Source: Takakia lepidozioides
Taxonomy: Eukaryota > Plantae > Bryophyta
Assembly (NCBI GenBank): GCA_030704615.1
Contig: CM060731.1
Location: 69,378,001 to 69,442,000, forward strand
Length of the DNA stretch: 64,000 nucleotides
Direction: 5' to 3'
Shown here: positions 44,620-57,259 of the stretch, in pieces
Layout of the letters: each line of letters opens with the position of its first letter
Position numbering within the stretch: the stretch's first letter is position 1
Translations under genes and position numbers: made by a program
Notes under the pieces: model-generated
The model's input: only the letters and a program-made list of their open reading frames with translations
Told to the model about the DNA's origin: nothing
Database searches by the model: none

Positions 44620-45610
44620 ACCACAGACCAGCACAGGCCCACACAGCTCACTGGTCACAGCCGTCACAGTCCCACAGGCCACTGGGCACAGCCTGTCACA
44701 ACCCCTCATCGCCCGTCACAGCTCGCCACAGCCCGTCACAGCCCCACAGGCCACAGGGCATAGCCCGCCACAGCCTATCACAGCCCCGCACAGCCCATCA
44801 CAGCTCGCCACAGCCTGTCACAGCCCGCCACAGCCCGTCACAGCCCGTCACAGCCCCAAAGGCCTCAGGCACGGCCTGTCACAGCCCCTCACAGCCCGTC
44901 ACAGCCCCAAAGGCCTCAGGCACGGCCTGTCACAGCCCCTCACAGCCCGTCACAGCCCCAAAGGCCTCAGGCACGGTCTGTCACAGCCCCTCACAGCCCA
45001 TCACAGCCCCAAAGGCCACGGGCACGGCCTGTCACAGCCCCTCACAGCCCCTCACAGCCCCAAAGGCCTCAGGCACGGCTTGTCACAGCCCCTCACAGCC
45101 CCGAAGGCCACGGGCACAACCTGTCACAGCCCCTCATCGCCCGTCACAGCTCGCCATAGCCTGTCACAGCCCCACAGGCCACAGGGCACAGCCCGCCACA
45201 GTCTGTCACAGCCCCGCACAGCCCATCACAGCTCGCCACAGCCTGTCACAGCCCGTCACAGCCCCACAGGCCACTGGGCACAGCCTGTCACAGCCCCGCA
45301 CAGCCCGTCACAGCCCGTCACAGGTCGCCACAGCCCCTCACAGCCCCCAAGGCCTCAGGCACGGCCTGACACAGCCCCTCACAGCCCGTCACAGCCCCAA
45401 AGGCCTCAGGCACGGCCTGTCACAGCCCCTCACAGCCCCTCACAGCCCCAAAGGCCACGGGCACAGCCTGTCACAGCCCCTCACAGCCCGTCACAGCCCC
45501 AAAGGCCTCAGGCACGGCCTATCACAGCCCCTCACAGCCCGTCACAGCCCCAAAGGCCTCAGGCACGGCCTGTCACAGCCCCTCACAGCCCGTCACAGCC
45601 CCAAAGGCCT
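44620..45610. repeat. ~1-kb minisatellite: TCACAGCCC(C/G) 10-mer with 51-bp higher-order unit, in the Gypsy 5' leader
   Basis: Directly visible; gives rise to the spurious repetitive ORF 44549-45670. Confidence 0.93.
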
Positions 45611-47927
45611 CTCCATGGCCGCTCTGGCAGTTTAGCCATTTCTCCAAGGGGTTTAGCCACGCCAAGCTAGGGTTTGTGTCTCTTGGACTCTAGGCTTCTT
45701 TCCACCGAGCTATGGCGGCTGTGAGGAAATCAGCAAGGTATTCTTGCTCTTTCGGCTCCCACACACCACCATAGTAGCCCTAAGCCATGAGGTGGTTGCC
45801 ACAAACCAAGCCTTTTTTCTCACTTAGCCTCCCCAAACACGCCACTAAACTCAATGGCAAACAACCAAGCCCTGCTGGTTCCCAGCCCTTGTGAGCACTC
45901 ATTCAAGCACTCTCCTTGGCCATAGCATCTGTCTTAGAGCCTATTCCAGCCCCCTACACCTGCTGCTTCAAGAGTTGCGCTCCCTTCAAGCTTGAAGTTG
46001 AAACCCCAACTCACATAGGCCCTACAAGTGCTTTTGTTTCACTCCAAGTGGAAACCAACCCTAGACCTTCCATTCTAGCTCTCTAAGGCTTGAAAACAAG
46101 AGCCTCAATGGGCTGAAGGCATGCTCCACACATGCCCCACTCTCACCATAAGAGAATCAGCTTCTTTGCTTCATTTCTTGCACCCACAAACCTGAAAATA
46201 CAAGCTTCAGCAAGCTGAAAGCATGCTCCACATGCCCTAAAGGGAAACCAGCCCCTTCTTTCCTTTCTTGCACTCCCACACCTGAAAGTGCAAGCCTTCA
46301 CCAGGCTGATATCATGCTCCACACATGCATTGCCCTCACATAAGGGAAGTCAGCCCTTCCCTCTTCCTTGCTTGCCCTCCAAGCTTGAAGATGGAAGCTT
46401 CAATGAGCTGAATACATGCTCCACACATGCAACCTCTTCACACAAGAGATATCAGCCCCCTATCTTGGTTCCTTGGCTCCTTGATGCTCTCTAAGACAAG
46501 ACTAAGCACTCCACAGCCCTTGCCAAGCTCCTGAAACCCTAAGGCTTACATTTCCAGCCACAAGACACTCCTCTTGTGGTGCAAGAACTTTTCTTCCAAG
46601 CTCTGAAACCCTAGGTGCACATTCCATGGCCTTGCCGCACCTCTTAGCTCCTGTTTTAGCCCCGCTCTTGCCATGGCAAGAGCCCTCATACCGCTGGAGT
46701 TTCAGATTGAAACCCCCAACTCAACATAGCCACAAATGCATTGGCTTGCATACAAGAGAAATCAGCCATCTCTCTTCACTCATACCTCCTTATGAGCTTG
46801 AAGTTGGAGCTCTCGATAACTGTGACTTACATCTAACACCCTCGCAGATCCACATTGCTGCAGCTCCTTAACTTGGCCTGCAGCTGAAGAAGACGACCAC
46901 CAGTTCACCCACTCGAGACCAGCATCTCCCCCGCTTCACACTAGAAGCCCAAACTTGGTTGCCATAGCGTTGAGCTATGCAACGCCGCTCTTCAACGTAG
47001 GCTACCCGCCTCTCTATCCATTGCAAACCTGCAACCTGTTCGCCTTTGCACTCTATCCACTTTGGATAGGCTCATGCACGGATCCCTGCACTCTAGGCTG
47101 AACCGCTTCTCATGAAAACACAAGTGCTACAAAACAACTCGAACCTGACACTCACAGACTCGAGCTGATCTTTCTCGAGTGATAAAGAAGAAGAATACAA
47201 GCACAAGCTCATGCGAGCTCACAAAATTGAAGCATAAACTCATGCATATATAACCTCATCACTCAAATACAAGTCAAGCCAAGTGCACCCCACGCCATGG
47301 GGAATCCACACTACGGCGCGATGAGGCTCAACTCGAGAAAGATGAGCCTCCCGCGCTTGCCGTGAAGATAACCACTCCAGGGCCTAAATCTGCCTTGACC
47401 CCTGGATTGACACTTGGGCCAATCCCAAATGTCAATATGTAAAAGCTAGCTATTTCCTAGCTAGTTTCACACTAGTGGTAAAATAACTTGACAACTGGAA
47501 TGCTGGAAACTGGACAAAAGTACAAAATACTGGAAACTGGGCTAGAGTACTGGGAACTGGAAACAAGAGTAGTTTGAACTGGTGTTGGCGAGACTGAAGA
47601 GTGTCTAGTCTCGCCTCATATATATACTGGCTACTAGGAGGTTCCCTAAGAGGCTTCCCCAAAGGGGGTTTCTTGATGGAGAAGTTTCCAAGATTAAACA
47701 AAGGTTTCTTAATGGAGAAGTTTTCTTAAACGAAAGGGGTATCTTGATGGAGAAGTTTCTTCCAAAGGAAACTTCCTGAGCAGTTTCCCAAGTTACTCTC
47801 GGTAATTTGGTAACTAATGATAACTTATGATAAATCATGATAGATCACGGTAACTTTCGGTAATATGATAACTTGGTAACTTCTGGTATTTACCCCTGGT
47901 ATGTTCCTCTGGGCTATGTCTGTGACA

Positions 47928-48900
47928 CCTCAATCAACGTACCAATATGTCTTCTTCTCTAAGGCTAGGGCATTGATGTCACATTCAAAAAGATCGAGAG
48001 ATGTGTCTTCTTCTTCATCGGTGCTCTGGTCTCGTCCAACGTCCACTGCGTTAGCCTGTGGACGATGCGCATTAGGCGTTCCCTACTCTCATCGCCATTT
48101 CTTTTGCCAGCTCGGAACAGCTCCGCATGAGGTGGCCCATCTCACCACAGAAGTTACACAATCCAAGTGTTCTTGGTCGGAAAGAGCTTCGATCGTCATT
48201 TGATGTTTGAAAGAATCTGTTTGGTTCACCGCTAGATGGACGTCGACTTTGGTAGCTAGAATGGTGGATAGAGGGGTCTTCATTCATACCATGAGAGCTT
48301 CGGAGTTATCGCTTCCTCCCATAGCCTTGCCTCTAAACGCGAGTCTGCTCTCTTCTTGCAGCAACCTACTCAAAACTTGAGCAAAAGTTGGTAGTTGCAT
48401 GTTGCCGTTGAAGGACTGTAGAACCTCACTATAGATGTCGGGGAGAGTGTTGAGCATTTTCTCGACCAAGTCTTTGCTAGCAACTGCTTCCCCGATGCTC
48501 GTGAGTTCAAACTGAATTTCTTGGATCTTTGCAAGATAATCTGCAACAGACGTACAATCACCAAGCTTGATCATAGTTAGCTTGTCCTTTAGCAGCAAAC
48601 GAGTTGCATTGTTAGGAGCCATGTACAAATCAGCAAGGTACCTCCAGCTCTGTTTTGGATCCAAAAAATATGCAATGGAAGGCATGATATGGTCTTTGAC
48701 AGAAGGATTCAAAGTGGTGAGAGCTTTCACTCTCATCTTTCGCATGTTCTTAACTTGATCAGCATTCTGAGGGTCAAATGCTCTAGTGGGAGTGAGGTGA
48801 TCAACGATGTCCCATAAGTCCTCTCGAAGGAGGATATTCTTGAGTCTGAATTTCCAGGTTTTGTAATTCAAAGGGCCACTCAACTTGTTGACTTCGGAGA
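47928..48900 (-). pseudogene. Copia-1 gag with zinc knuckle, ending in the first half of the protease motif
   Basis: NYKTWKFRLKNILLREDLWDIV (UBN2-type gag); CNFCGEMGHLMRSC; WYVD immediately before the Gypsy insertion site. Confidence 0.88.
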
Positions 48901-49168
48901 CCGGATCTTGACTGGTCTTTGGGAATGTGAAGAAAGAAAGAAAAAGAATCAGTATTTATTGAGTAAAGAAGAAGAAAACCAAACTTGTAGTGAACGAGGA
49001 CAAATGAACGCGACGGAGCTGAGCTCACGCTATGCTACTAGACACAATGATCTTTAAGGAGCTAAGCTCACTTACAGTATTCTTGGATAGGCAAAAGTGA
49101 GGGAACGGAGCTGTGCTCATGTTCTTGGACCTCAACAAACTATTCAGTCATGCTAGGCTCTAATACCA

Positions 49169-49357
49169 TGTTGACATTTACAGAATCACAGACTAAGTGT
49201 ACATCAAATTGAATTCGAGAGTATATATACAGTTGGAGTTGCAGGCACAACTCCATGTCATCGTAACTCAAGGGTAATCTTGCTACCTGCTAGAACCAAC
49301 TAGATGGTACCATGTAAAACTGCCGGCTACTACAGGTCAGGTGTGGATAATCCAACA
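49169..49357 (-). repeat. 5' LTR of Copia-1
   Basis: TG...CA, 189 bp, adjacent to the PBS at 49157-49168. Confidence 0.9.
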
Positions 49358-49443
49358 TTAACAAGCACGACCCTTCTTGCCTAGAGCAAAACCTGTAACA
49401 TATAGGCTGAAGGAAAATGAGAGAGCCAAACTGGCTATATCTG

Positions 49444-52400
49444 TGTTGGGACAGACACACTCATTTTATAGCATCTAAATTCCTGATCAGATATCAGACA
49501 TGTTAGTGGAGGATTATTATTTAAGACGGCACCGTCACTGCTACTGATCTCTTCTAGATTCTTGCCTTCTTCTTCTCATCTAGATTAGTATATTATTCAG
49601 TCCTCGTCTTCTTTGTATCGAGTTCAAGCTAGTGAAGCTGCTTCTTCATGGTACCAGTTGACCGAGGCTAACAAGCTTGAGGGAACTAGCAACTATGCTA
49701 TATGGACGTTCCAAATGCAGACTTTCCTGGAAAAAGAGGACATGTGGAATGTTGTCGATCCAGAGAGCAATGCGGCAGATGCAGACATGGATGAGATAGA
49801 CGTGGATGAGAAGACTTGGAAGAAATGTAAGTCCAAAGCTCTCGCCATTCTACGATTGTTAGTGAATGATCATGTCATCCCGTATATTTCGAACATCAAT
49901 GATCCGAAGGACTGTTGGGACACGCTGAAGTCACTTTTTGGAACAAAGAATAATGCGATGCGTTTCATGATCAGAAACAAATTTGCCCAGCTCAAGATGG
50001 AGGAGGGCGCTTCTGTGGAGACCTTTCTGGTGGAGGTAAAGAATATGTTGAATCAATTGGGAGAATTTGATGAGACTCCATCTGAGGACATTGTTGTGGA
50101 AACCATCATCAACGCTCTTCCAGAAAGTTTCTCAACCTTTGTCAGCGTAATTGGCAGCGAGAATGATCTTCCCACGTTCGAAGAACTCACAGGACGGCTC
50201 CAACTCGAGGAAAGCCGCCGAGCAGTCATCAACAAACGTCGTTTTAACGATGAAGAGACACTGCTGGTCAAATTTCGATCTCTACTTAGGAATCGGTGGT
50301 ATAGTGGACCAAACTGTAACAATCCGAACCACAACAGTCCACGTGATGGTACCTTCCGTGGAAATTGCCACAAATGTGGCAAGCCAGGACACTGCTGGCG
50401 ACAGTGTCCCACTACTAGGGGATCATTAACTCCACCCAGTTCCCAAATCGCAACAACCAGACATTAGCAGTTGACCTTGGAGGAAAGAATGGCCAGGGAG
50501 TAGCAGCAGAATTTTTTGATGAAACTCTGGCCTCCATGTCTGCTGAGATGAACGGAGACCCCTGGTATCTGGACACGGGTGCTTCCAAGCATGTGACCGG
50601 GGATTCAGAGCTCATCGACAACATGAACATTCCTCCTATAGAGTCTGAAAATGTCAAGTGGAAAGTTACATCTCCGGTCTCTGTAAGAATTTGATTTCAG
50701 TTGGATCTCTAACAGACAGAGGATTCGTGTTTGACTACCGTAAATGTCCTCTTATTGATAAGATGGGAAAAATCATGGGTAGAGGAATCAGAGATGCTCG
50801 AAATGGCTTATACAAGCTGCAAACAACATCAAACACAAATGAGATTTTGCCTTTGGAAGAATCAGATAGTGCTTTGATCAACGAGGCAACAAGTGTGGCT
50901 GATCTCTGGCACAAGAGATTAGGACATTTAAATTTTAGGGGGGTTCATCTCCTTACATCTAAGCAGCTGGCATCAGGAGTCCCATATCTTCCTATCCTAC
51001 AGTCCACGTGCAAAGGATGTTGGCCAGCTCGACAAGCAAAGTAGAGAAAGAGCACCCAAGACCAGCAGTTCAAGAGCAACTACCATCTTGCAACTCATAC
51101 TTTCCGACATCTATGGGCGATACTTTATTACATTCATATACGATTACAGCAGGTTCACCTGGCTGTATTTTCTAAAAGAAAAAAACGAGGCCTTTTTAGT
51201 GTTTCCGAAACTTCATGATCAAACGAATGGTGGAGAAACACTTCAAGAAATCCATCGAATCTCTGCGAACTGACAGAGGAGGGGAGTTTTTGTCTGGGGA
51301 ATTCCAGTCCTACCTCAATTCAGAGGGAATCACACGCCAACTCAAACAAGCACGGACACCACACTGGTTATGACATGGAGAGAAAAGGGTTGTTGGAGAT
51401 GTGTTCTTGTTGCTGAGTGCCCATGCACAACGGGCCTTCCAGATGTTCCATAAGATGGAGCATCTTAAGTCTCAAAGACTGGGCATGTAGATGCTTTGCA
51501 TTTTTCCCCCTAATCATAGTTGAGCAGGATGTTTACAAAAGAAGCAGGTCAGTTATCCTGTAAAAGTTTCCCACCAGTGGCCAAATAGTGGAGGGAGCCT
51601 TGAAATGGATGAGGCAGTGCTCCAAGGATCCTATGGAACCTATTGTGCAACATGGCAAAGCAATGCATTTGCAAAGTTCAAGAATTGGTCCACTTTTAGG
51701 ACACAATTGGCCACTTGCCACAGAAACGCACTGATCTTGGCTGGTTTTGATTTCTCCCAAACAAGAGACCAGATACATTTCCAGTTCTCCCCCTCAAAGT
51801 TTTCATGACACCATTTTTTATTCCATTTTGAGTAGAGGGGTCTCGCCCGAAGTATCGTCCTGTAGGCCCTCTTAGCTGTGAATGCAAAGAATGGCATTAT
51901 GTCGTTGTCAAAAGCCCATTTCCATTCGGCTGGGTCTAACTGCAGAGAGGCTATATTGCTTGAGCCCCATATGAGAGCAAAGGAGCAGTGTTTTAGCCAG
52001 TGCAAGGTGGGAGCCTTCGGGTTGAAGGGCTTGGCTGGGTCTTGACCAGAGACAGACCGTTGCTGGAGAGACCGAGGTAGAGGAAAGAGAAACCGTTTGC
52101 ATGGAGGAGAGGGACAGAAGGCCAGAAAAGGCGTAAGCTTGGAATTCATTATCCGCGATGTGGGAACCAGTGGACTCGGTGAGGTAGAGGACATGGAGAG
52201 GGAGAATGTCTAAAAAAACTCAATGGTGGGGAGTATGAGGGGTAGGCCCATCTCTAAGGATTAGCTTCCAGGAATCCGGGATTGATTCGATTATATTGTT
52301 TATACCCGCTTGAAGGCGGTGGGGGCCCAAAGCTAGGTGAAGGGATTGTGGGGTGCTTTCCCAAAGGTGCTCGACAGTGGAGAACCCTCACGAGTCCCAT

Positions 52401-55400
52401 CCAGCCCAACGCTTAGCCTTGTCTTCTCTCTTCCGAGGAGGGGTTGTCAGAGTTGAGAAAGAGGTGTTGCCTTAGAGTCTCGTGGAACGAAGTGGGCTCT
52501 TGTTTGCATAGGAATGGCCTGAAACAGCCCCAAACCCTCCAGATTGAGGACCAAAGGGGAGACGACTGTGTCTTGTGGTTGAACCCCTGCACTATCCAGT
52601 GCTGAGAAGGAAACCAAATGGTGCTTTGCATAGGGGAAGAGACCGAGATGGAAGGGGCCACCATACCAACCTCCCTCCGGTCCTAAAAACCTTGGGAGCC
52701 ATTTGCCTATCAAGGCCTTGATTTGTGTCCCTGGGTCTAGGACCCCTAAGCCACCCATTTTTTTGGGAGACAGATATGATGTCAAGAGACCTGATGCCTG
52801 AAGTTTTGGTCAGAGGAAGACGCTCCCCATATGAAGTTTCGGGTGATCCTTTTGACTTTGTTTATGGTCTTGGAGTTTGGCCCCCAAGCTGATGCGAAGT
52901 ACCAGATTCCGGCCTGGAGGATCTGATTGGCTGCAAGAGCCCTTCCTGTGATAGATAGGAAAAGGGAACCCCAGGAGCTGACTTTTAAGCTTCTGTATTA
53001 TAGGACCAAAGCGCTGTTCTTCTGTTAGATTAATGCCGAATGAGTGGCCCAGCAAGGTGGTGGGTTCTCCTTCCTTCAGCCAAACCAGGCCTAAATGTCC
53101 CCCCCAAGTAGGAGCAATGCCTATGGCAGATCTGGAAGTGTCTCCAACTAGCAAAGCTTTTGTCTTAGCCCAGTTGACCTTGAATCCTGATACCAACCCT
53201 CAAACTCGAAGAGTTCTTTTCTCTCGAGATGTAAGATTTCATGAGGCCCAATGTGGTTTTGTTGCTTTCCCAAAACATGTTTGCACACACAATGGTCCTA
53301 GTGTCTCCATCAGAGATGCTCCATCTATGCCTACTGCGGTCAATCTGATACCTCTTGTTCATAGTGAATCAGAAAGCTCTTACTCGTCGTCCGCATCAGA
53401 AGATAGTCAAGACACACAAAGCTTTGGCTCAAATGATCAAGGAGTGTCCTCGGCGAGTGGATCAACTCTTCATTCACGGGAAGAATCAGAACGCGATGAC
53501 GCAAATACACAAAGGGGATCCGAGATAATTTTGCCTAGAAAGCCACCTGCAAAAGAGAGATGTTTGCCTCGTCGACTGGAGGACTACGTAACCACTGTCT
53601 TGGATGGAGACAAACCAGGTACCTTCAATGAGGCTGTCCTAGACCAAAATTGGTGCAAGGCAATGCAAGAGGAGATGGACTCCATTAAGGAGAATGGGAC
53701 CTGGGAGCTTGTAGATCTTCCCCCTGGAAAGAAACCAATCTCGTCCAAGTGGGTATACAAGGAGAAGAAGGCAGCTGATGGCACTCACCTCAAGCATAAG
53801 GCTCGTCTGGTTGCGTGCGGCTATGAGCAAAGGGAGGGTATCGATTACACTGAAACATTCGCCCCAGTAGTTAAAAGGGGCACCTTACGCACGTTAGTTG
53901 CTCTCGCTGCGAAAAACAAATGGCAACTCTCTCACCTTGACGTCAAGACAGCCTCCTTGAATGGATACCTAAAAGAGGAGGTATATATGTTACAGCCTGA
54001 AGGATTTATAATCCCAGGAAAAGAGGGCAAGGTCTGTAAGCTGATCAAGGCTCTTTATGGGCTGAAACAAGCACCAAGAGCTTGGTACGAAGTCATTGAC
54101 AAATACCTCAAAGAGCAAGGGCTGAAAAGGAGCAATGCTAATCACAACTTATACTATATGCACGAGGGAGACAAGTTGATCATCTTAATCATCTATGTTG
54201 ATGATTTACTGTTGACCGGGAACCACGAGGAGAAAATTAATTGGCTGACCCAACAACTGGTAAAGAAATTCAAAATGTCACAGTTCGGTGCTTTGGAGCT
54301 CTACCTCCGTATTGAATTTCTCTACTTTCAGAACGGAATTTTCATGACCCAGAGGGTTTATATCCAATCCATGCTAAAGGAACTTGGTCTGAGCGAATGT
54401 AATACGAGTCCAACGCCAATGGCTGAGAGCTGCAAGCTTGTCGTTGACATGGGGAAGGAGCCAGCAGACGCACCTCTCTATCAGAAGATGGTGGGAAAAC
54501 TAATTTACTTGACAAATACATGTCCAGATATATGCTACGCGGTGGGTGTTGTGAGCCGCTTCATGGCCGAGGCACAAAAGCTCCATATGGAAGCGGCAAA
54601 GAGAATATTTAGGTACCTAAAAGGCACCATGGATTACGGACTAATGTTCTACACTGAAGGGGAGACTCAACTAGATGGCTTTGTCAATGGAGACTGGGCT
54701 GGAGATCAGGAGACAGAGAAGATCCACTGCCGGGTATGTATTTCAACTTGGAGGTTCACCTGTCACTTAGGTCAAGTAAACGTCAACCTACAGTTTCACT
54801 ATCATCTACGGAAGCTGAATACCGAGCGATCACAGAAGGAACCAAAGAATCAGTGTGGCTACAAACTTTGACACATGAGTTGGGTTTTCTCATTGGTAAA
54901 GCAGCTCAGGTGTGGTGTGATAACTCTAGTGCAATCAAGATGGCAAATAATCCGGTCTTCCAAGCTAGGACAAAACATATAGAAGTCCATTACCATTTCA
55001 TCAGGGAAAAAGTGATGTAGGGAGAAATTGATCTAGACCATGTCTCTTCAGAAATCAATTGGCTGATATCTTTACTAAACCATTAGGAAAACATAAGTTT
55101 GTTCACTTTAGAGAAGCCCTTGGCCTTATAAACCTTCAACAGGTAGTAAACATGCAGAAGCAACGAGTTGGAATAGCTGAGAGTGAGAGGGGGTGTTGGG
55201 ACAGACACTCTCATTTTATAGCATCTAAATTCCTGATCAGATGTCATGTTAGTTGAGGATTATTATTTTAGACGGCACCGTCACCGCACCATCACCATCA
55301 CCATCACCGCTACTGATCTCTTCTAGATTCTTGCCTTCTTCTTCTCCTCTAGATTAGTATATTATTATCGATCCTCGTCTTCTTTGTATCGAGTTAGAGC

Positions 55401-55419
55401 TAGTAAAGCTGCTTCTTCA
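49444..55419 (+). mobile_element. Ty1/Copia LTR retrotransposon 2 (degenerate, full-length ends)
   Basis: LTRs 49444-49648 and 55194-55419 (TGTTGGG...CTTCA); TSD ATCTG (49439-49443, 55420-55424); PPT GAGTGAGAGGGGG; gag with CHKCGKPGHCWRQC, WYLDTGASKH, WHKRLGH, YVDD, RTKHIE, ADIFTKPL. Confidence 0.93.
51363..53193 (-). mobile_element. Internal L1-like LINE ORF2 fragment inserted in the Copia-2 integrase
   Basis: SGFKVNWAKT, PKKMGGLGVLD, WKCIW...PAKISAFLWQVA (post-RT and zf-RVT regions); no poly-A or TSD seen. Confidence 0.78.
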
Positions 55420-56199
55420 ATCTGTGCTACAGAAGCTTTCTTGCTATCATTTGCATGGAAGAATCTTGGCATACTAGCTAACCACTTGTCTGGTTGATGA
55501 TGCATTTGCCACCTAGGTGTTTCCCGCTCTCTGCAGTCAATGTCGATGCGTCTGTATTTACCCGTAGTGAAATACTTCCTTAAAACTGGATACACACCAG
55601 GGACTTACTCTCACTGGGGCGCACAGCTTGCAGAACAGAAAAGCTGTCGACATGAAAGAAGACTGATCAACCATGAATGTGGTCCGCCCGCGCATCGACG
55701 TACATGGTGCTACATGTAAAAATGTTTTGGATTATAGACGACTATTGCACAGGAAGCTCAACCGTGGTGAAGTCCTTAATCCATAGCTGAAGCCTGTCGA
55801 TCAACTTGATGGTCGACACTGATCACTGCTGTGAACATCTGACTGAGCTACCTGCCGTCGATGATTGCAAGCGTAGTAATTGAATGAAGAAAATAAATGG
55901 CAAGTTCAAGCAACGCATAATTTATCCCTCTGTCACGCCTGCATGTATTTTTGACAGGCTTCCAATTGGTCAGGCAACTATGAAGACTGTACAAAACGTG
56001 ACACAACTTCACACATTCTGCTCTGTAAATTACCTGCTGGGACGCTAGTCTCAACTTCTTCACATCTTATGTACAGAACACAGGAAGAGAATATACAGAT
56101 CACAACACCGGAGTTTTGTACCTTATGTGCAAACTGTCCCTAGGAATTGAGCCTGCAGTTTAAAGCCCACTCCATACTCTAACATCCTCCCCCTCCGCC

Positions 56200-56470
56200 T
56201 CCCCCACCCCCACCACAACCCTCTCCGCCGCCCCCACCCACACCACAACCCCCTCCGCCGCACCCACCCACTACAATTACTCCCTCCGCTGCACCCATTC
56301 ACACCCCCACCCTCTCCTCCGTGACCTCCATGACCTCTGTGATGACCCCTGCGCTTGGCCCGACGTTGCCGAGCTAAGTTTTGTGTATTTGCTTTTGGGG
56401 CAGGGATCAAGTCTCCCAATTTGAGCGAAAGGTTCAGCACCCCTTGGATGTCACCTGATGGCGTGCAAAC
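56200..56470 (-). pseudogene. SRC2-like C2 domain C-terminal fragment with Gly/His-rich tail
   Basis: QVCTPSGDIQGVLNLSLKLG resembles the SRC2 strand YQVRxPSGKxKGVLNxSxKxG; preceded by a polypyrimidine/CAG acceptor. Confidence 0.45.
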
Positions 56471-57259
56471 CTGCATAGAGAGAATGAGAGGGTTATATTC
56501 CATGACGAATATTTGTACTGAAATCCCCAGTGCTGGTTGGTGTAAGTTACAATGAGGGGAAGACAGAAAATTCAAATGCGACTACTCCAAGACCATAACT
56601 CCCAGAAACAATCCTGACATCCGATCAACCCCATTTGCTTTACTTATCTGTGCTCGATACTTGAAACGGGGCTTAGTTTACCGGACAAGAGAAGCTCTTT
56701 GCCTCTTGTGATTGTCTAGCGGTTAGAGGCACTGACACTCTCCCAACGTGCTTAGCTTTAAGAAAACCTTTGTGGTAGCAGAGATGCTGTAACTTGTGCT
56801 TAAGGTAGCGAACCATCTAGTGTATGCATCTCCTTGCTTGCTATCATCTCTCGTGATGTGTGTGTTGTAAGTTGATCTGGAAAACACGCCCACAATATGG
56901 TGCAGAGCGATTACGGATCCCTCGGACCGGTAGAGGTTTCTTGGGGTTTCGGCAAGGACAGTCAGTTTCTCTCTAGAAATTGAGTGATTCCTGCACGCCG
57001 GTTGCGTTTTTAGTGTTAAGCATGGTTTCTGTAGTGGCTGCAAAAGTTGAGTAGAACCTTAGATCCCAGATGTTTTGTTCAGGCGATCAAGAGATGATAT
57101 GAGCTTACCCTGTGCTTTCAGTGCTCCTCCAGTAAAACGAGTGGTGGGGAAATACTTTGTGAGTACCTCATGTTGGGCACCAAGGTGATTACTGCACTTG
57201 CGTCCTAGCTTTTTACGTATCTGCCGCCACATTAACTAACTCGAGCGTAGTCGTTTCTA

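Larger units (their letters stand above)
23850..47927. mobile_element. Ty3/Gypsy-type retroelement with DNMT and PHD finger (~11.5 kb reconstructed; split by the MULE insertion and the inversion)
   Basis: 5' end at 47927 (minus, TGTCACAGAC); 3' end at 29575 (plus, GTCTTTGACA); 5-bp TSD TGAGG (47932-47928) / TCAGG (29576-29580). Domain order gag(2xCCHC)-PR-DNMT-RT-RH-IN-PHD. Confidence 0.85.
21788..49357 (-). mobile_element. Ty1/Copia LTR retrotransposon 1 (outer host of the nest; degenerate)
   Basis: Homologous LTRs at 49169-49357 and ~21788-21950; iMet-type PBS (TGGTATTAGAGC on minus, 49168-49157); PPT next to 21951; gag, protease, integrase, RT and RNase H pieces fall in Copia order once insertions and the inversion are removed. 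Confidence 0.88.

Noticed and set aside
44549-45670. 373-aa Pro/Ser/His-rich ORF
   Set aside because: Translation of a stop-free minisatellite, antisense to the element.
47430-47927. Canonical 5' LTR (TG...CA) followed by a TGG PBS
   Set aside because: No second copy at the 3' end; the apparent PBS is one arm of a hairpin and matches no tRNA end I recognise.
53033-53193. N-terminal extension of the 612-aa Copia ORF
   Set aside because: Antisense read-through of the inserted LINE fragment.
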